A stretch of 64,000 nt of DNA from Octopus vulgaris (GCA_951406725.2 OX597819.1:122078001-122142000); one strand, 5' to 3'. Positions 38,468 through 51,547 are shown, counted from the first letter of the stretch. Notes: generated by a model not told the origin, from the letters alone. Translations and numbers: made by a program.

Positions 38468-38818
38468 ACAAGGAACTTATGTCAGCACCATGAAGAGCAA
38501 AAACTTTTAGATGACTGCCCACATGATATGTGTGTGTGTGTGTGTGTGTATGTGTGGTAGATGAAAGACAGAAGATGGAAAATACGAGACTTTTTACTAA
38601 TCACGACAATTGTTTCGATATATCTAGCATCGATCCCTCACGAGTAGGATAGTTAACAACTGTTTCAGGAGCATCCGACGGTGCAGGTGTATCGCTCCGG
38701 ATGATAAAAAGACACGACTCGTTAAAATAACTGTTGAATCTTCTCATTTCGTGTAAATAAAAGCAGTAAAACAAAGGATACATCTTCATTTATGTAAACG
38801 ATCAAAAATAAAATAACA

Positions 38819-39222
38819 GGCGCAGGAGTGGCTGTGTGGTAAGTAGCTTGTTTACCAACCACATGGTTCCGGGTTCAGTCCCACTGCGTGGAACCTTGGG
38901 CAAGTGTCTTCTACTATAGTCTCGGGCCGACCAAAGCCTTGTGAGTGGATTTGGTAGACGGAAACTGAAAGAAGCCCGTCGTATATATGTATATATATAT
39001 GCGTGTGTGTGTCTATGTGTCTGTGTTTGTCCCCCTAGCATTGCTTGACAACCGATGCTGGTGTGTTTATGTCCCCGTTACTTAGTGGTTCGGCAAAAGA
39101 GACCGATAGAATAAGTACTGGGCTTACAAAAGAATAAGTCCCGGGGTCGAGTTGCTCAATTAAAGGCGGTGCTCCAGCATGGCCGCAGTCAAAAGACTGA
39201 AACAAGTAAAATAGTAAAAGAG
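38819..39222 (+). mobile_element. SINE family A, full length
   Basis: Consensus match. Confidence 0.92.
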
Positions 39223-40261
39223 ATACAAAAAAAAAGAAACTAACACGCAAACCGTTAACCGATATGGCTGTATAGACGCCCTCACACTAGCTGCATGGCG
39301 AATGTACACTCGCTCATACGTATTTATCTTAAATGATTAATACCAGGCACGTGCCGTTAGCAATTACTCAGGGTAGGCAGTTGGTGACCTTTATTTAGTA
39401 AAGCACACAAAAAATAAGCGAAACACAGGCGTGTGACTGAGTTGTAGACCGATTTACTTCTGCCTTTATAGCACGCAAAAAAGACGGTGTTGTAGGAGTG
39501 TACGCAGCACGTGTACTACAGCAGTCCTATGCGTAGCTTAAATACTGAGATTGTAAGGCAGGAGCGAATTATGCCTGCCTAATCTACAAGAAAGTAAAAT
39601 ATTTCGCATTTTATGCATAGTAATCAGAGTAACCTTCATAATTTCATTGAATTAGGTGCATATTTTGCCATAAAAGGAAAATGTTACTATCGATCTATTT
39701 TATTTCTGAGATATTTCGGTTACACACAAACATACCTTGAATTTTAGTATTATTGAGAAGTATGCGTGTATGCATGTATGTATGTATGTATGTATGTATG
39801 TATATTCAAATATGAAATAGAAATAACGCAAGTGTTAGAAACATTAACAGCCACACATGTCTACCCTACTACATTTACTGTGTTTGCCGGTGGCTATTAC
39901 TCATGTATGCGTGATCGATGATGTTTATAACGCTAGCGCTGCTTGTATTTCATATCTGAATTTATTCTTACGTATGCACTGTCGTGGCACACCAGCACAT
40001 CATAGTTTTCACACTGTGCTTATAAGTCGTGGACTGGTGGTCTGTTTACCTCCGGTTAGGTTCGAGTACGTGATGTTCATACGCGACGAAAACGGTAAAG
40101 CATCGATATCCATATTCCAGAATGGGATTTGGGGGTGAATTTTCTCGTCTGTCTTTCACTTTCAGCTGTTTTAACACCTGGCGTTTTGAGGGAGTCGTTT
40201 CCACCACGCCAGGTCGAGGCCTACAGGTAAATATACAAGGCATAATGCGTGATCGAGTGTT

Positions 40262-40354
<93 letters not shown>

Positions 40355-40356
<2 letters not shown>

Positions 40357-40683
40357 CTTAGAATAACTTAGAAAGGTGTTGGCCAGTATTGGCCCAGGTC
40401 ATGTCTAACTTAATAGCACCACCTGGCGAAGTCTTTCAATTCAGGATTTGGGCACCGAGGCCCATTCGAGCAGAGACTTATTGTTTGCGGAGACATATCC
40501 GGGTGTGGGTGGTTTGTCCGGGACTGTTTGAAGGAATTTGTCCAAAGACTTCTTGAATTTTGTGTGGTCAGTTTCTTTTTTGACGTGTCCTGGTGTAATG
40601 TTGAAGAGAGCGGGTCCAATTGAGGTGAAATAGTTGTGCCGTATTGTCGTTATGTGATGCGATTTAGATTTTTGTTGTGGACG
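40355..40683 (-). pseudogene. CR1-like LINE 3' end with tail
   Basis: TIRHNYFTSIGPALFNITP..FKKSLDKFLQTVPDKP..NKSLLEW, then a short UTR and (TCTAAGTTAT)n tail. Confidence 0.8.
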
Positions 40684-40707
40684 GATATATATAATTCTAT
40701 TTATTTG

Positions 40708-40793
40708 TGCAGCTGATGATAGCCCTGCATTTAAATTGATGTAATGATTGCCTTGTTTAATTAAACGGAACCGCTTGAAACGGTCGTACTGCA
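40708..40793 (+). ncRNA. Type I hammerhead ribozyme, canonical core, long loop II
   Basis: tgcag-CTGATGA-tagc...gctt-GAAAC ggtc GTA-ctgca; 5-bp stem I. Confidence 0.8.
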
Positions 40794-40827
40794 TCACTTC
40801 TTGATATCCTGTTGCTTATTTCGATCT

Positions 40828-40882
<55 letters not shown>

Positions 40883-41062
40883 ATATATAGTAGTAACAGA
40901 AAGGAGCAATTACGATTATCTCCACGTGGTGAGTTATAATGTATATAAGAAATTAAAAAGGAAAATACACACACTTTACATAGCTTTAATATAATTAAAA
41001 ATTAAAATTTATATTAAAACTATGTAAAATGTGCGTATTTTCCTTTTTTAATTTCTGATATA

Positions 41063-41222
41063 TACGACGGGCTTATTTTCAGTTTCCGTCAACCAAATCC
41101 ATTCACAGGCTTAGGTCGGGTAGAAGTTGTAGCTGTCGACACTTGCCAAGATGCCACGCAGTGGGACCGAACCTTGGACCATGTGATTGGGAAGCAAACT
41201 TCTTACCGCACAGCCATGCCTA
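41063..41222 (-). mobile_element. SINE family A head, degraded
   Basis: Consensus match. Confidence 0.8.
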
Positions 41223-41229
41223 CACTGCT

Positions 41230-41810
41230 ATAATTGAGAGCTTCCTCTGATATGTGGCGTTTGGTAAATAAAGGAGTTTGATGTAGCTACCCTCATTTGC
41301 ACCTCCTGTCGCGAGGTAGGTCCATCTGGGACTCTCGACAGGAAGAGATCCAGTTTTGATTTGAAAATACCTGCATCTACTTTGTGTAGGCCCCTCAGGC
41401 TCTTCGGGAGAATATTAAAAAGTTGTGGGTCCCTGAAACCCAGGCTGTTGCAGTAACTGGTCCTGAAGCGTGATTGCATTGCTGGGATTTTGGCACTGTG
41501 TAGTGGCGACCCGTTCTGGCATTTGTGTAGTTTTCAATGCCAAAATTTGGCACAATTTCTTCCAGGATCTTCCAGATGTATATTACTGCATATCTCTCTC
41601 GCCTTCGCTCCAAACAGTGGAGTCTTAGCTGTTTCAGCCTATTCCGGTAGCTGAGCTGTTGCAATGAAACGATCTTCTTTGTGAAGCTTCAATGGATTGC
41701 TTCGAGGTCCACTGCTAATTTTACACTGTGGGGTGACCATAGCTGGGACCAGTAATCCAGACGGCTGGGGACGAATGCCCTTCAGAGGACCATCATAGTT
41801 TCCTTCTCTC
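41230..41810 (-). pseudogene. CR1-like LINE ORF2 C-terminal fragment
   Basis: FVPSRLDYWSQLWSPH...LSYRNRLKQLRLHCLERRRERY..IYIWKIL...FKSKLDLFLSRVPD, with stops and frameshifts. Confidence 0.85.
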
Positions 41811-42202
41811 TGACTCTGTAATATATAACATTACAGAAGAGGGCAAAACTAACTCCGTCTTTTGCTTAAAAGCCGTTAATGAAAGGCTCTGAGGATGTCA
41901 TTATTTGCTCTGCATGAAACAGGCAAACAAGCAGAGGCGCCGGGTCCGCAATATATAAAATATATATTATAAATGGCTTCAATACACAATTTTTGTCATG
42001 TTCTCTCCACATGCATATGCCTTTATATATATATTTAACTTATATATATATATATTTAACTTGTAAACATATTTGTACTAGCACTATTTTGAATCATGTG
42101 CACACTGCTCATTATATAAACTCATGTTTGCTTCGAGGTGTCTTTTATGTTCTGTCTTGTTTATATACCTCCCTTCTCTCTCTCATTTTCTCTCTCTTTC
42201 AT

Positions 42203-42250
<48 letters not shown>

Positions 42251-42593
42251 TCTCTCTCACCATATATAGATGTTTTCATGCATATATTACGCCGCATGTA
42301 TGTACTACGTACGTATATGTCCGAAGTGAGGGCTGGAAATTCCTGGCTTTGAGTAAAAGAAAATACAGGAGGATCAGTTAATTATGATTTTATTGAACAT
42401 ATAGCCCTTATTACAGCGGTCCTTCAGTTTTTCTAAACCCTGTAAAAGGACTCGAAAGTTTGGGCCTCTAATCGAGTCTTTCACGATACCCTTAAAGCCA
42501 AAAACTTTTTAGTTCCCTATCGTATATATATATTTATATATACATATTCATACATACATACATACATACATACATACATACAAATATATATTT

Positions 42594-42626
<33 letters not shown>

Positions 42627-42732
42627 CATGTACATATGTATTAAGTATTTATATATGTATATGTATGCATGTATATATACACCCAGATGTATGCATATGC
42701 ATGTGTATAAGCACGCATAGGTATTGAAGTAT

Positions 42733-42766
<34 letters not shown>

Positions 42767-43324
42767 ATATATACGTACACACACGCGCACGCACACACAC
42801 ACGCACACACACACACACACATACACACACACACATATATATATATATATATTTATATATATGCACAGGTCGACGCCCTTGCACACACTCAGAGGCCAAT
42901 CTGTGCGTGTGTATGTGTTTCTGTGTCTGTGCGCGTCTGTGTGCGTGTGTGTATGTGTGTTTATTTTACAAGTGAATTTCAAAAACAAAAAACAAAAGAC
43001 AAAAATGACCTTTGACTTCATTCGTTGTCCGTCATTTGATTGATATAATGAAAGAAAAAAAAAATAGGTCGACTGGCTGAAGTAGAAATTCCTGCAACAT
43101 ACCCCAAACCTGCTTCACCTGTTTATCGTGTTGCATGTTTGTCATCCACCTTCTTACGTTCATAGGTTGCTAACAAATGGTGTGTAACCTGCGCACTTCA
43201 CATGCTTTGGCTGGATAACAACTGATAAGGGGAAGCGATTTGGTTGTACTTTGCAACCAAGCGACCAAATCATATTCAGTGTATCAACTACTGTAAGGTA
43301 CCGCGGTGATCTACGAGGTACTAA

Positions 43325-43968
43325 CGGGAGAGAAGGGGGAGGGAGAGGGAGAGGGACAGCGTGAGAGATAGAGTGATAGAGAGAAGGATACGGAGAGAAG
43401 GAGGGAGAGAGAGAGAGAGGAAGGGAGAGAGTGATAGCGAGAGAAGGCTCCGGAGAGAAGGAGGGAAAGAAAGACGGGGAATGAGGGAGAGAGAGAAAGA
43501 CAGGGAGGAAGGGAGAGAGACAGGGTGACTGAGTGATAGAGAGAGAGAAGGATAGAGAGAGAAGGAGGGAGAGGGAGAGAGGCAGGGAAGAAGGGAGAGA
43601 GACAGGGTGAGAGAGAGAGAGTCATAGAGAGAGAAGGATAGAGAGAGAAGGAGGGAGAGGGAGAGAGGCAGGGAAGAAGGGAGAGAGACAGGGTGAGAGA
43701 GAGAGAGTGATAGAGAGAGAAGGATAGAGAGAGAAGGAGGGAGAGGGAGAGAGACAGGGTGAGAGAGAAAGAGTAGAGAAATATATGGAAGGGAAGAGGG
43801 AGACAGAAGAGAAAGGGAGAGGGAAAAATAGGGGGGACACAGGCGCAAGACAAAAAGAGAGGGAGAGATAGGGAGATAGAAAGAGGGACAGAGAAGAGAA
43901 GAGGAAGAGAGAAAGAGCAAGAGTGAGGGAGAGCGACAGAGGAAGAGCGACAGAGGGAGAGAGGGAGC
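43325..43968. repeat. GA-rich minisatellite/low-complexity tract
   Basis: Purine-rich strand with recurring GAGAGACAGGGTGA...GAAGGATAGAGAGAGAAGGAGGG modules. Confidence 0.85.
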
Positions 43969-44917
43969 TTCTTTTTCATTTTTTAGGCATGATAAGAATC
44001 TGTACGCATGATCCTTTGCAGGCAGTGCCGCAGCTAGAACACATACCGCCCGGAGCAGCCCTTGAGGTTTTCGCCACCCGCCGTCATCCGTCCCTGCACA
44101 GGCTGATACAACTCATCTTAAAATGTCACCTCCATAAAATTCCGCCTCCATAAACGTGCCGCTTTCCACCCAGAAGTACTACTCCACACCCAAAAGTGTT
44201 GTCCCCTACTCAAAGTGCCGTCCCCTACCCAAAGTCGTACCCATCGTCCACGCCACACTTACTACCCTACCTTTTTCACGTCCCCCAATACTCGTAGTGG
44301 GACAAAAGTATTCTAAAGCCAGAGGCCTGACCCGAATTCTTGCAACAGATCAGATTCTGTTAGAGTCCTCAAAATTATCATATGGAGATGCTAAAGAGAA
44401 CGATTGATGAAGTCTACCACCCGCTCAGGCCATGGTGGATATCGAACTCAGAACATGAAGAGCCGGAACAAACATTGCAAGACATCCAATCCGACACATA
44501 TTTTAGTGACCAAATCGAAAAGGATAAATTGCGTAGTTTGACCTCGGTGGGATTTGAACTCTGGACACGAAGAGTCGAAACACCAATTTTTTTATCAAGT
44601 TAATAAATATCATCCCCTATCCCCCCCACACGCATGTACACACAAATTAATGACACTTTGGGCCCCCACCCAGTTCCCATCTTTATTAATGAGATGACAA
44701 AATAGTTTTCGTCCATGTAAATTCTTCTTTCTTCATGATAGTACTGTCAAACTTAAAAAGTTGGAAACGGCCTGAAATAACAGCCAAATCTCCCTTAAAT
44801 CACGCCTAGTCCTCTTAGTATAGAAGAACGGTGATATTTGATAATGTGCCCATAAATAGTCCAAATAGCCTTTAAAAAGGGGCATGGTTATAGAAATCCT
44901 TCGATCAAAAGGTCTGT

Positions 44918-45372
44918 TTCACCAGGGGCCCCCCTTAAGTCATATTTTTAATAAACAGGACAATTTTTCTTCGCTTCTTTTTCAACCTTCATAGACCCAT
45001 TCCACCGAGTGGGGCTGCTTCACCAGGGGCCTCCCCTAAATCTTATTTGTCTTAAATAGGACAATTTCTTCGCTTCTTTTTCAATTTTCATTGACCCACT
45101 CCACCCAGTGGGGGCTGCTTCACCAGGGGCCTCTCTTAAATCTTATTTGTCTTAAATAGGACAATTTCTTCGCCTCTTTTTCAATCTTCATAGACCCACT
45201 CCAGGGGCCTCCCCTAAATCTTATTTGTCTTAAATAGGACAATTTCTTCGCCTCTTTTTCAATCTTCATAGACCCACTCCAGGGGCCTCCCCTAAATCTT
45301 ATTTGTCTTAAATAGGACAATTTCTTCGCTTCTTTTTCAATCTTCATAGACCCACTCCACCTAGTGGGGGCT
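44918..45372. repeat. Minisatellite, five units (101, 100, 78, 78, partial)
   Basis: CCAGGGGCC recurs at 44922, 45023, 45123, 45201, 45279. Confidence 0.9.
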
Positions 45373-45721
45373 GTTTCTTCTTCTTCTTCGTTCATGAGCC
45401 CCACTGTCTGACACGGTTGCTCTATTCTGTCAGACGTAGCAGCCAAGTCTCCCTCAAATTAACGGTAACGTCTGACAAGGAATATGAAGAAAAAGATGCA
45501 TTGGCTAATCTACAAGCAAATATATATTCTTCAATTTTTCGGCTTGCTCTAGCTATCACAAGGCCATGCTAGACCACTTATCTATATGACTGAAGGAGAA
45601 AGAGGTGTTAGTCATGATTGGGACGCCTGTGGTTACAGGTCTGCTTAATCGAATCTGATCAGTGGATAAATGAAAACAACCACAGCAACAACTCCAACTA
45701 CAACATTTATACTCTTCAATG

Positions 45722-46042
45722 TGAAGGCGCGTGGTTTAATGGTTAGGGTAGTCGGCTTACTATCGTAAGGTCGTGAGTTCGATTCCTGGCGGCGCGTTGT
45801 GTCCTTAAGCAAGACACTTTATTTCGCGTTGCTCCAGTCCACTCGGCTGGTAAAAATGAGTTGTACTTGTAATTCAAAGGGGAGTCCATGTCACATTCTA
45901 TCTCATACTGAATTTCCCTGAGATCTACGTGAAGTGTACGCATGTCTGTGGAGTACTCAGCCGCTTGCACATTCATTTCACGAGCAAGCTGTTCCGTTGA
46001 TCGGATCAACTGGAATCCTTGTCGTCGTAACCGACAGAGTGC
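45722..46042 (+). mobile_element. SINE family C-related copy
   Basis: Homologous to 16189-16500. Confidence 0.8.
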
Positions 46043-46085
46043 TAATTAGTTATTATTATTATTATTATTATCATTATTATTATTA

Positions 46086-46134
<49 letters not shown>

Positions 46135-46160
46135 CATTATTATTATTATTATTATTATTA

Positions 46161-46209
<49 letters not shown>

Positions 46210-46234
46210 CATTATTATTATTATTATTAGTGTT

Positions 46235-47065
46235 CCTTCTTTCTTCAAATATACTTCCATTTCACGCCGAGTGTTTTCCGTACACCTAGGGCAGAGAAGC
46301 GCATTCTATGCATTGCCAGATTACACACGCAAATTCACAGGTAAAATATGTATTTAAAAAAATTGATAAAGAAATAAATTCATGAATGGATGTTGTTTTC
46401 ACAGCGATAATGCCCTTCTCAGTACATGAGTCGTTCCAGTTAACACGATTTTTTGCACTTCCTGTAGGGATGGTACGCCTGGTACCATTTTCAAATAGGT
46501 TTAAGTGCCTTTTTTTATCATTCCTAGAGATCCTACAATCACTGGTACTGTAGTCACCTTCAGATGCCACATTTTTTCAATTTCTATTAGCAAGTCTTTA
46601 TATTTACTAATCTCGTCAAATTCTTTCGCCGCTATATTGTGATCGCAAAGAATACTCATGTCAATTAATAAACACACCTTTTTTGTCTGGTCTTTTATAA
46701 TAATATCCGGTTTAATAGCTTTTATAGTTTTGTTGGTATGTACGGGGGAAGTCCCAGAGAATCGACACATTTTCTCCCTCAGTCACAGCTTCAGGATGGT
46801 GTTTATACCATTTGTCAGTTTTTTTTTATTTTATTATGCTGACATATTGTCCAGTGTAAATACTGGCCGACTCTGTCATGTCTTGCTTTATATTCTACAG
46901 GTGCTAAGACTTTGCACCTGAGATATAGTTTCAATCTTATCGTTATATAATCGGCATTTTGGGTCAGCTCCATTATATTATCACATTGGTTTGGTAGTTC
47001 CGGGTTAATAAACTTTGGTATTCAGCAGCTAATATGAAACCTTCACTTTCTGCTTTTAGCCCTGA
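46235..47065 (-). pseudogene. R4/Dong-like non-LTR retrotransposon 3' fragment (zinc-knuckle region + restriction-like endonuclease)
   Basis: CKVLAPVEYKARHDRVGQYLHW and KPDIIIKD...LLIDM..CD.NI..KE..KYKDL..EI..MW...VPVIVGSLG; flanked by (TAA)n-type tracts. Confidence 0.85.
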
Positions 47066-47124
47066 GCTAAATATTGTTGTTGTTGTTGTTTTTGTTGTTG
47101 TTGTTGTTGTTGTTATTATTATTG

Positions 47125-47171
<47 letters not shown>

Positions 47172-47713
47172 GAGTGAGAGAGCAGTGCATGCCATCAAAG
47201 TGACATTGGGGTACAAATATACGAAGCCCAGTATAACTATCATGACTACCCGTCTCTGATAAGGGTACACCAGGCACATGCATCACAAGCATATGTGCGC
47301 GACATGGTGAACTCATATCAAGATAAACAGCGCATGACCTTGCACCTGGGGCCCAGTTTTGAATTTTCTTCAAATCGAGTAACCCATCCCGCTCAAAAGG
47401 TCCCTGAATAAGCGTGGTTTAAGGATGATGAACGAAACACTCATGTTTCCGTAGATAAATTATTCAAACCCCAAAGAATCCCTCTCAACACATGGCTATG
47501 ATGCTCCCCCATTATTTCTGCTCGTGTTCAGAGATGCACATATCGTCAGCCACTAAGGGACATGCTCAGCTGGTTAGGGTCGACAACAGAGAAGCAAAGA
47601 CATGATATTGAGCAGAATATTTGCTGTAGCCCACCTTTTATACCAAAACAAAACAACTTCCCGTCAGTTAAAATCAGAAGCCATGAGAGCCACTGCCAGG
47701 TGCTGCATCAGGG

Positions 47714-47714
<1 letters not shown>
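47172..47714. mobile_element. ~540-bp non-coding insertion within a (TTA)n microsatellite
   Basis: Sharp boundaries with (TTA)n on both sides; no convincing ORF. Confidence 0.55.
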
Positions 47715-47752
<38 letters not shown>

Positions 47753-47796
47753 CATTATTATTATTATTATTATTACTATTACTATTATTATTATTA

Positions 47797-48012
47797 AGGC
47801 GGCGAGCTGACAGAAGCGTTAGCACGTCATGCGAAATGCTTAGAGTTATTTCGTCTGCCGTTACGTTCTGATTTCAAATTCCACTGAGGTCGACTTTGCC
47901 TTTCATCCTTTCGGGGTCGATAAAATAAGTACCAGATGTACACTGGGATCGATGTAATCGACTCAACCCCACCTTTCCCAAAATTGCTGCGCTTGTAGCA
48001 AAATTTTAAACC
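47797..48012 (+). mobile_element. SINE family B with the alternative tail
   Basis: Head GGCGGCGAGCTG, core, tail CCCAAAATTGCTGCGCTTGT. Confidence 0.85.
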
Positions 48013-48014
48013 AT

Positions 48015-48075
<61 letters not shown>

Positions 48076-48076
<1 letters not shown>

Positions 48077-48400
48077 TTTTAAAATAAAATATGGTCCGTT
48101 GTCTTCTGCTGAAGCGGGGTCATCCCTTGACCCTAGGGTCATGAAGAGTACACGGCGTAAAATGTATGCGGAACCTAACAACACTTTTTTCTGAAGTTCT
48201 CCCACGTTAACACTGCAAGGGATTTTGTTGAGCTGCTTATCAAGGCCCTTTTTAATTAGCCCTAACGCTCCAATCACCACTGGTGCTGTGCTGCTTTTCA
48301 TTCCCCAGATCTTGGTCACTTCTATTTCTAGGTCTTTGTACTTAAATAACTTCTCAACTTCTTTAATGGACACATTTCTCTCTGATGGTACTGTCACATC
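48076..48400 (-). pseudogene. Second R4/Dong-like RLE C-terminal fragment
   Basis: VPSERNVSIKEVEKLFKYKDLEIEV..WGM..PVVIGALG...LQKKVLLGSAYILRRVL; 3' end abuts (TAG)n. Confidence 0.8.
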
Positions 48401-48664
48401 CTATCATTAAGAATTTTTTAATCTATCATTAAGCATTTCGCCAGCAGACGCAGGTGACTCTTGTTTACTGGTCATGCTTCAAGACCCTGCCAAGAATTCT
48501 TGCAATTTCAAGCAACACTGAATTTTGTAGGTGTTCTACCTTTACACTTGCACCGATCTTTTTCAGTCATTTTGGTAGTTGAGTGCTGATACTTCCAAGT
48601 GCACCAATCACTATTTGTACCACGTCTGCTCATCTTATTGACCACAATCTTCGTATTTCCATAT

Positions 48665-48885
48665 TTACTCTTTACTCTTTTACTCTTTTACTTGTTTCAG
48701 TCATTTGACTGCGGCCATGCTGGAGCACCGCCTTTAATCGAGCAACTCGACCCCGGGACTTATTCTTTTTGGAAGCCCAGTACTTATTCTATCGTTCTAT
48801 TTTGCCGAACCGCTAAGTGACGGGGACATAAACACACCAGCATCGGTTGTCAAGCAATGCTAGGGGGACAAACACAGACACACAA

Positions 48886-48962
<77 letters not shown>

Positions 48963-49127
48963 TACAACAGGCTTCTTTCAGTTTCCGTCCACCAAATCCA
49001 CTCACAAGGCTTTGGTAGGCCCGAGGCTATAGTAGAAGACACTTGCCCAAAGTGCCACGCAGTGGGACTGAACCCAGAACCATGTGGTTGGTAGACAAGC
49101 TACTTACCACACAGCCACTCCTGCGCC
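48665..49127 (-). mobile_element. SINE family A, full length
   Basis: Consensus match. Confidence 0.92.
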
Positions 49128-49197
49128 CAATATTAGTCAATAATCGGTGATCGCTTATAAGGTTTAAGCTCATAAAATATTATTAATTGCAGAATAT

Positions 49198-49415
49198 AAG
49201 GAGGCGAGCCGGCAGAATCGTTAGCACGTTGGACGAAATGCTTAGCGGAATTTCACCCGTCGCTACGTTCTGAGTTCAAATTCCGCCGAGGTCGACTTTC
49301 CCATTCATCCTTTCGGGGTCGATAAACTGATTACCAGTGAAACATTGGGGGTCTATGTAATAGAGTAGTTCCCTCTCACGAAACCTGAGACCTTGTGCCC
49401 CCAGCAGAAAGGATT
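49198..49415 (+). mobile_element. SINE family B, alternative tail
   Basis: Consensus match. Confidence 0.8.
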
Positions 49416-49471
49416 ATTATTTACAGAATAAATAAATAAATATATATATATATATATATAGGCGTAGGATA

Positions 49472-49511
<40 letters not shown>

Positions 49512-49513
<2 letters not shown>

Positions 49514-49644
49514 CGCGTAAGAAGCGTGCTTTCCAACCACGTTGTTCCGGGCTCACCTTGGGCAAGTGCCTTCTGCTATAGCCTCGGGCTGACCAAAGCC
49601 TTGTGAGTGGATTTGCTAGACGGAAAACTAGAATAAGCTCGTCG

Positions 49645-49685
<41 letters not shown>

Positions 49686-49875
49686 TTGTATGTTTGTCCC
49701 TCCACCATCGCTTGACAACGATGTTGGTGTGTTTACGTGCCCGTAACTTAGCGGTTCGGCAGAAGAGAACGATGCAATAAGTACTAGGCTTAGAAAAAAA
49801 TAAGTCCTGTGGTCGATTTGTTCGACTAAAGGTGGTGCTCTAGAATGGCCGCAGCCAAAATGACTGAAATAAGTA
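49512..49875 (+). mobile_element. SINE family A, deleted head
   Basis: Consensus match. Confidence 0.8.
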
Positions 49876-49979
49876 ACCGATGTAAATTCTTTGTTGGCTG
49901 GTCGTTATCTCCAATAATGCTTTACATCGTATAGAGAGAGAAGAAAGAATAAAAGAAAGATACACTGAGATGGACAATT

Positions 49980-50320
49980 CTTTTCTATTCTAGGCGCACA
50001 AGGCCCGAAATTTTGGGGGAGGGGCTAGTCGATTAAATCGACCTCAGTACGCAACTGGTACTTAATTTATCTACCCCGAAAAGATGAAAGCCAGAGTCGA
50101 CATCGGCGGAATTTGAACTCAGAACGTAACTGCAGACGAAATACCTATTTCTTTACTACCCACAAGGAGCTAAACACAGAGGGGACAAACAAGGACAGAC
50201 AAACGGATTAAGTCGATTACATCGACCCCAGTGCGAAACTGGTACTTTATTTATCGACCCCGAAAGGATGAAAGGCAAAGTCGACCTCGGCGGAATTTGA
50301 ACTCAGAACGTAACGGCAGA
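49980..50320 (-). mobile_element. SINE family B dimer
   Basis: Junction GACGAAATAC|CTATTTCTTT (~50143). Confidence 0.85.
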
Positions 50321-51547
50321 CGATGATGATGATGATGCTACCACCACTACAACCACCACTGCTAGTTCTGCTAATGCTGTTGCTATAACAACAACAGCAA
50401 CCACTGCTACTACCACCAAAAGCATTGCCACCACCACCATCACCACCACTACAAGCATCAACATCGCTATCAACAGCAACAGCCCCATCACCACTACCAA
50501 CACCACCACAATCACCACACTACCATTACGACCATTATCACTATAACCCCCACCTCCCGCTATCACAACCACCACCACCACCACTATCACCAATACCAAC
50601 ACCATCGTCACCACCACAGTGATGGTAGTGACTACCATCACAGCCACCACCACCACCACCACCGCCACATGTAGTACCTGACACCAACTCAAATCGATGT
50701 TCAAAAACAAATTAATCTTAACAGAAGTCACAACGCTTGTTACCTCCTGTCGCCACCCCCGTTTCTACCGTTACTGGTCACTAGATCTGCTGAAAATTGC
50801 TGCTAAATTCCCTCACATTACATTGTACCTATTCTTGAAAGGAAAGGGGTGCAATGGACAAGATAGTCCTGGAGACGTTTGCACACATATATATATATAT
50901 ATACAAAATAGGACAGGAACGCAAAACATCCAGGCAATTAGGTGATACATAAAAGGAACAACAAAACATCCAGATAGACGATACAAAGAAAACAAGGACG
51001 GAAAAAAACGGATAATGTTACGCAAATACAATAAAAATAATAATAATAACTGGACATTGATACAAGGGCAAACAATTCACGAAAAATTAATTTGCTAATA
51101 TATTATTAATTCTGTTATTATCTAGTATGACTATTTTGAAAAATGATAATAGCAGAATCAATAATATAAGTGATTGTAGGCCCCAAAAATGCATTAAATA
51201 ATGGAGAATTAAGATTAACAAAGGACATACTAAGTATGTATATCTGCTGGAAATAACAACCAAAACTCTTACTTAAATCGTCAAAATACATTGATGATAA
51301 CCACAGAAATCAATCGAAGGTAGATCAGGTTAATAAATATATATACATAGATATATGCGTACAGGACGTCACCAACGCTTCAAAGAACATGAAATGCGTA
51401 AACAAACGAGTTAAATATGTAAACAACGAAAAAAAGTTGGAAAACAGGCCAAGTAAACACACATAAAGGACTCTTCATCAGTTGTCGGCTGTCTATCTAC
51501 TCCTCATTTCGAGCATACATACATACATACATACATACATACATACA

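Noticed and set aside
41884-41930. CTGAGGA...GAAAC
   Set aside because: No stem III or NUH site
51465-51515. Minus-strand GAAAT...CTGATGA in type II hammerhead order
   Set aside because: Stems I and III do not pair convincingly
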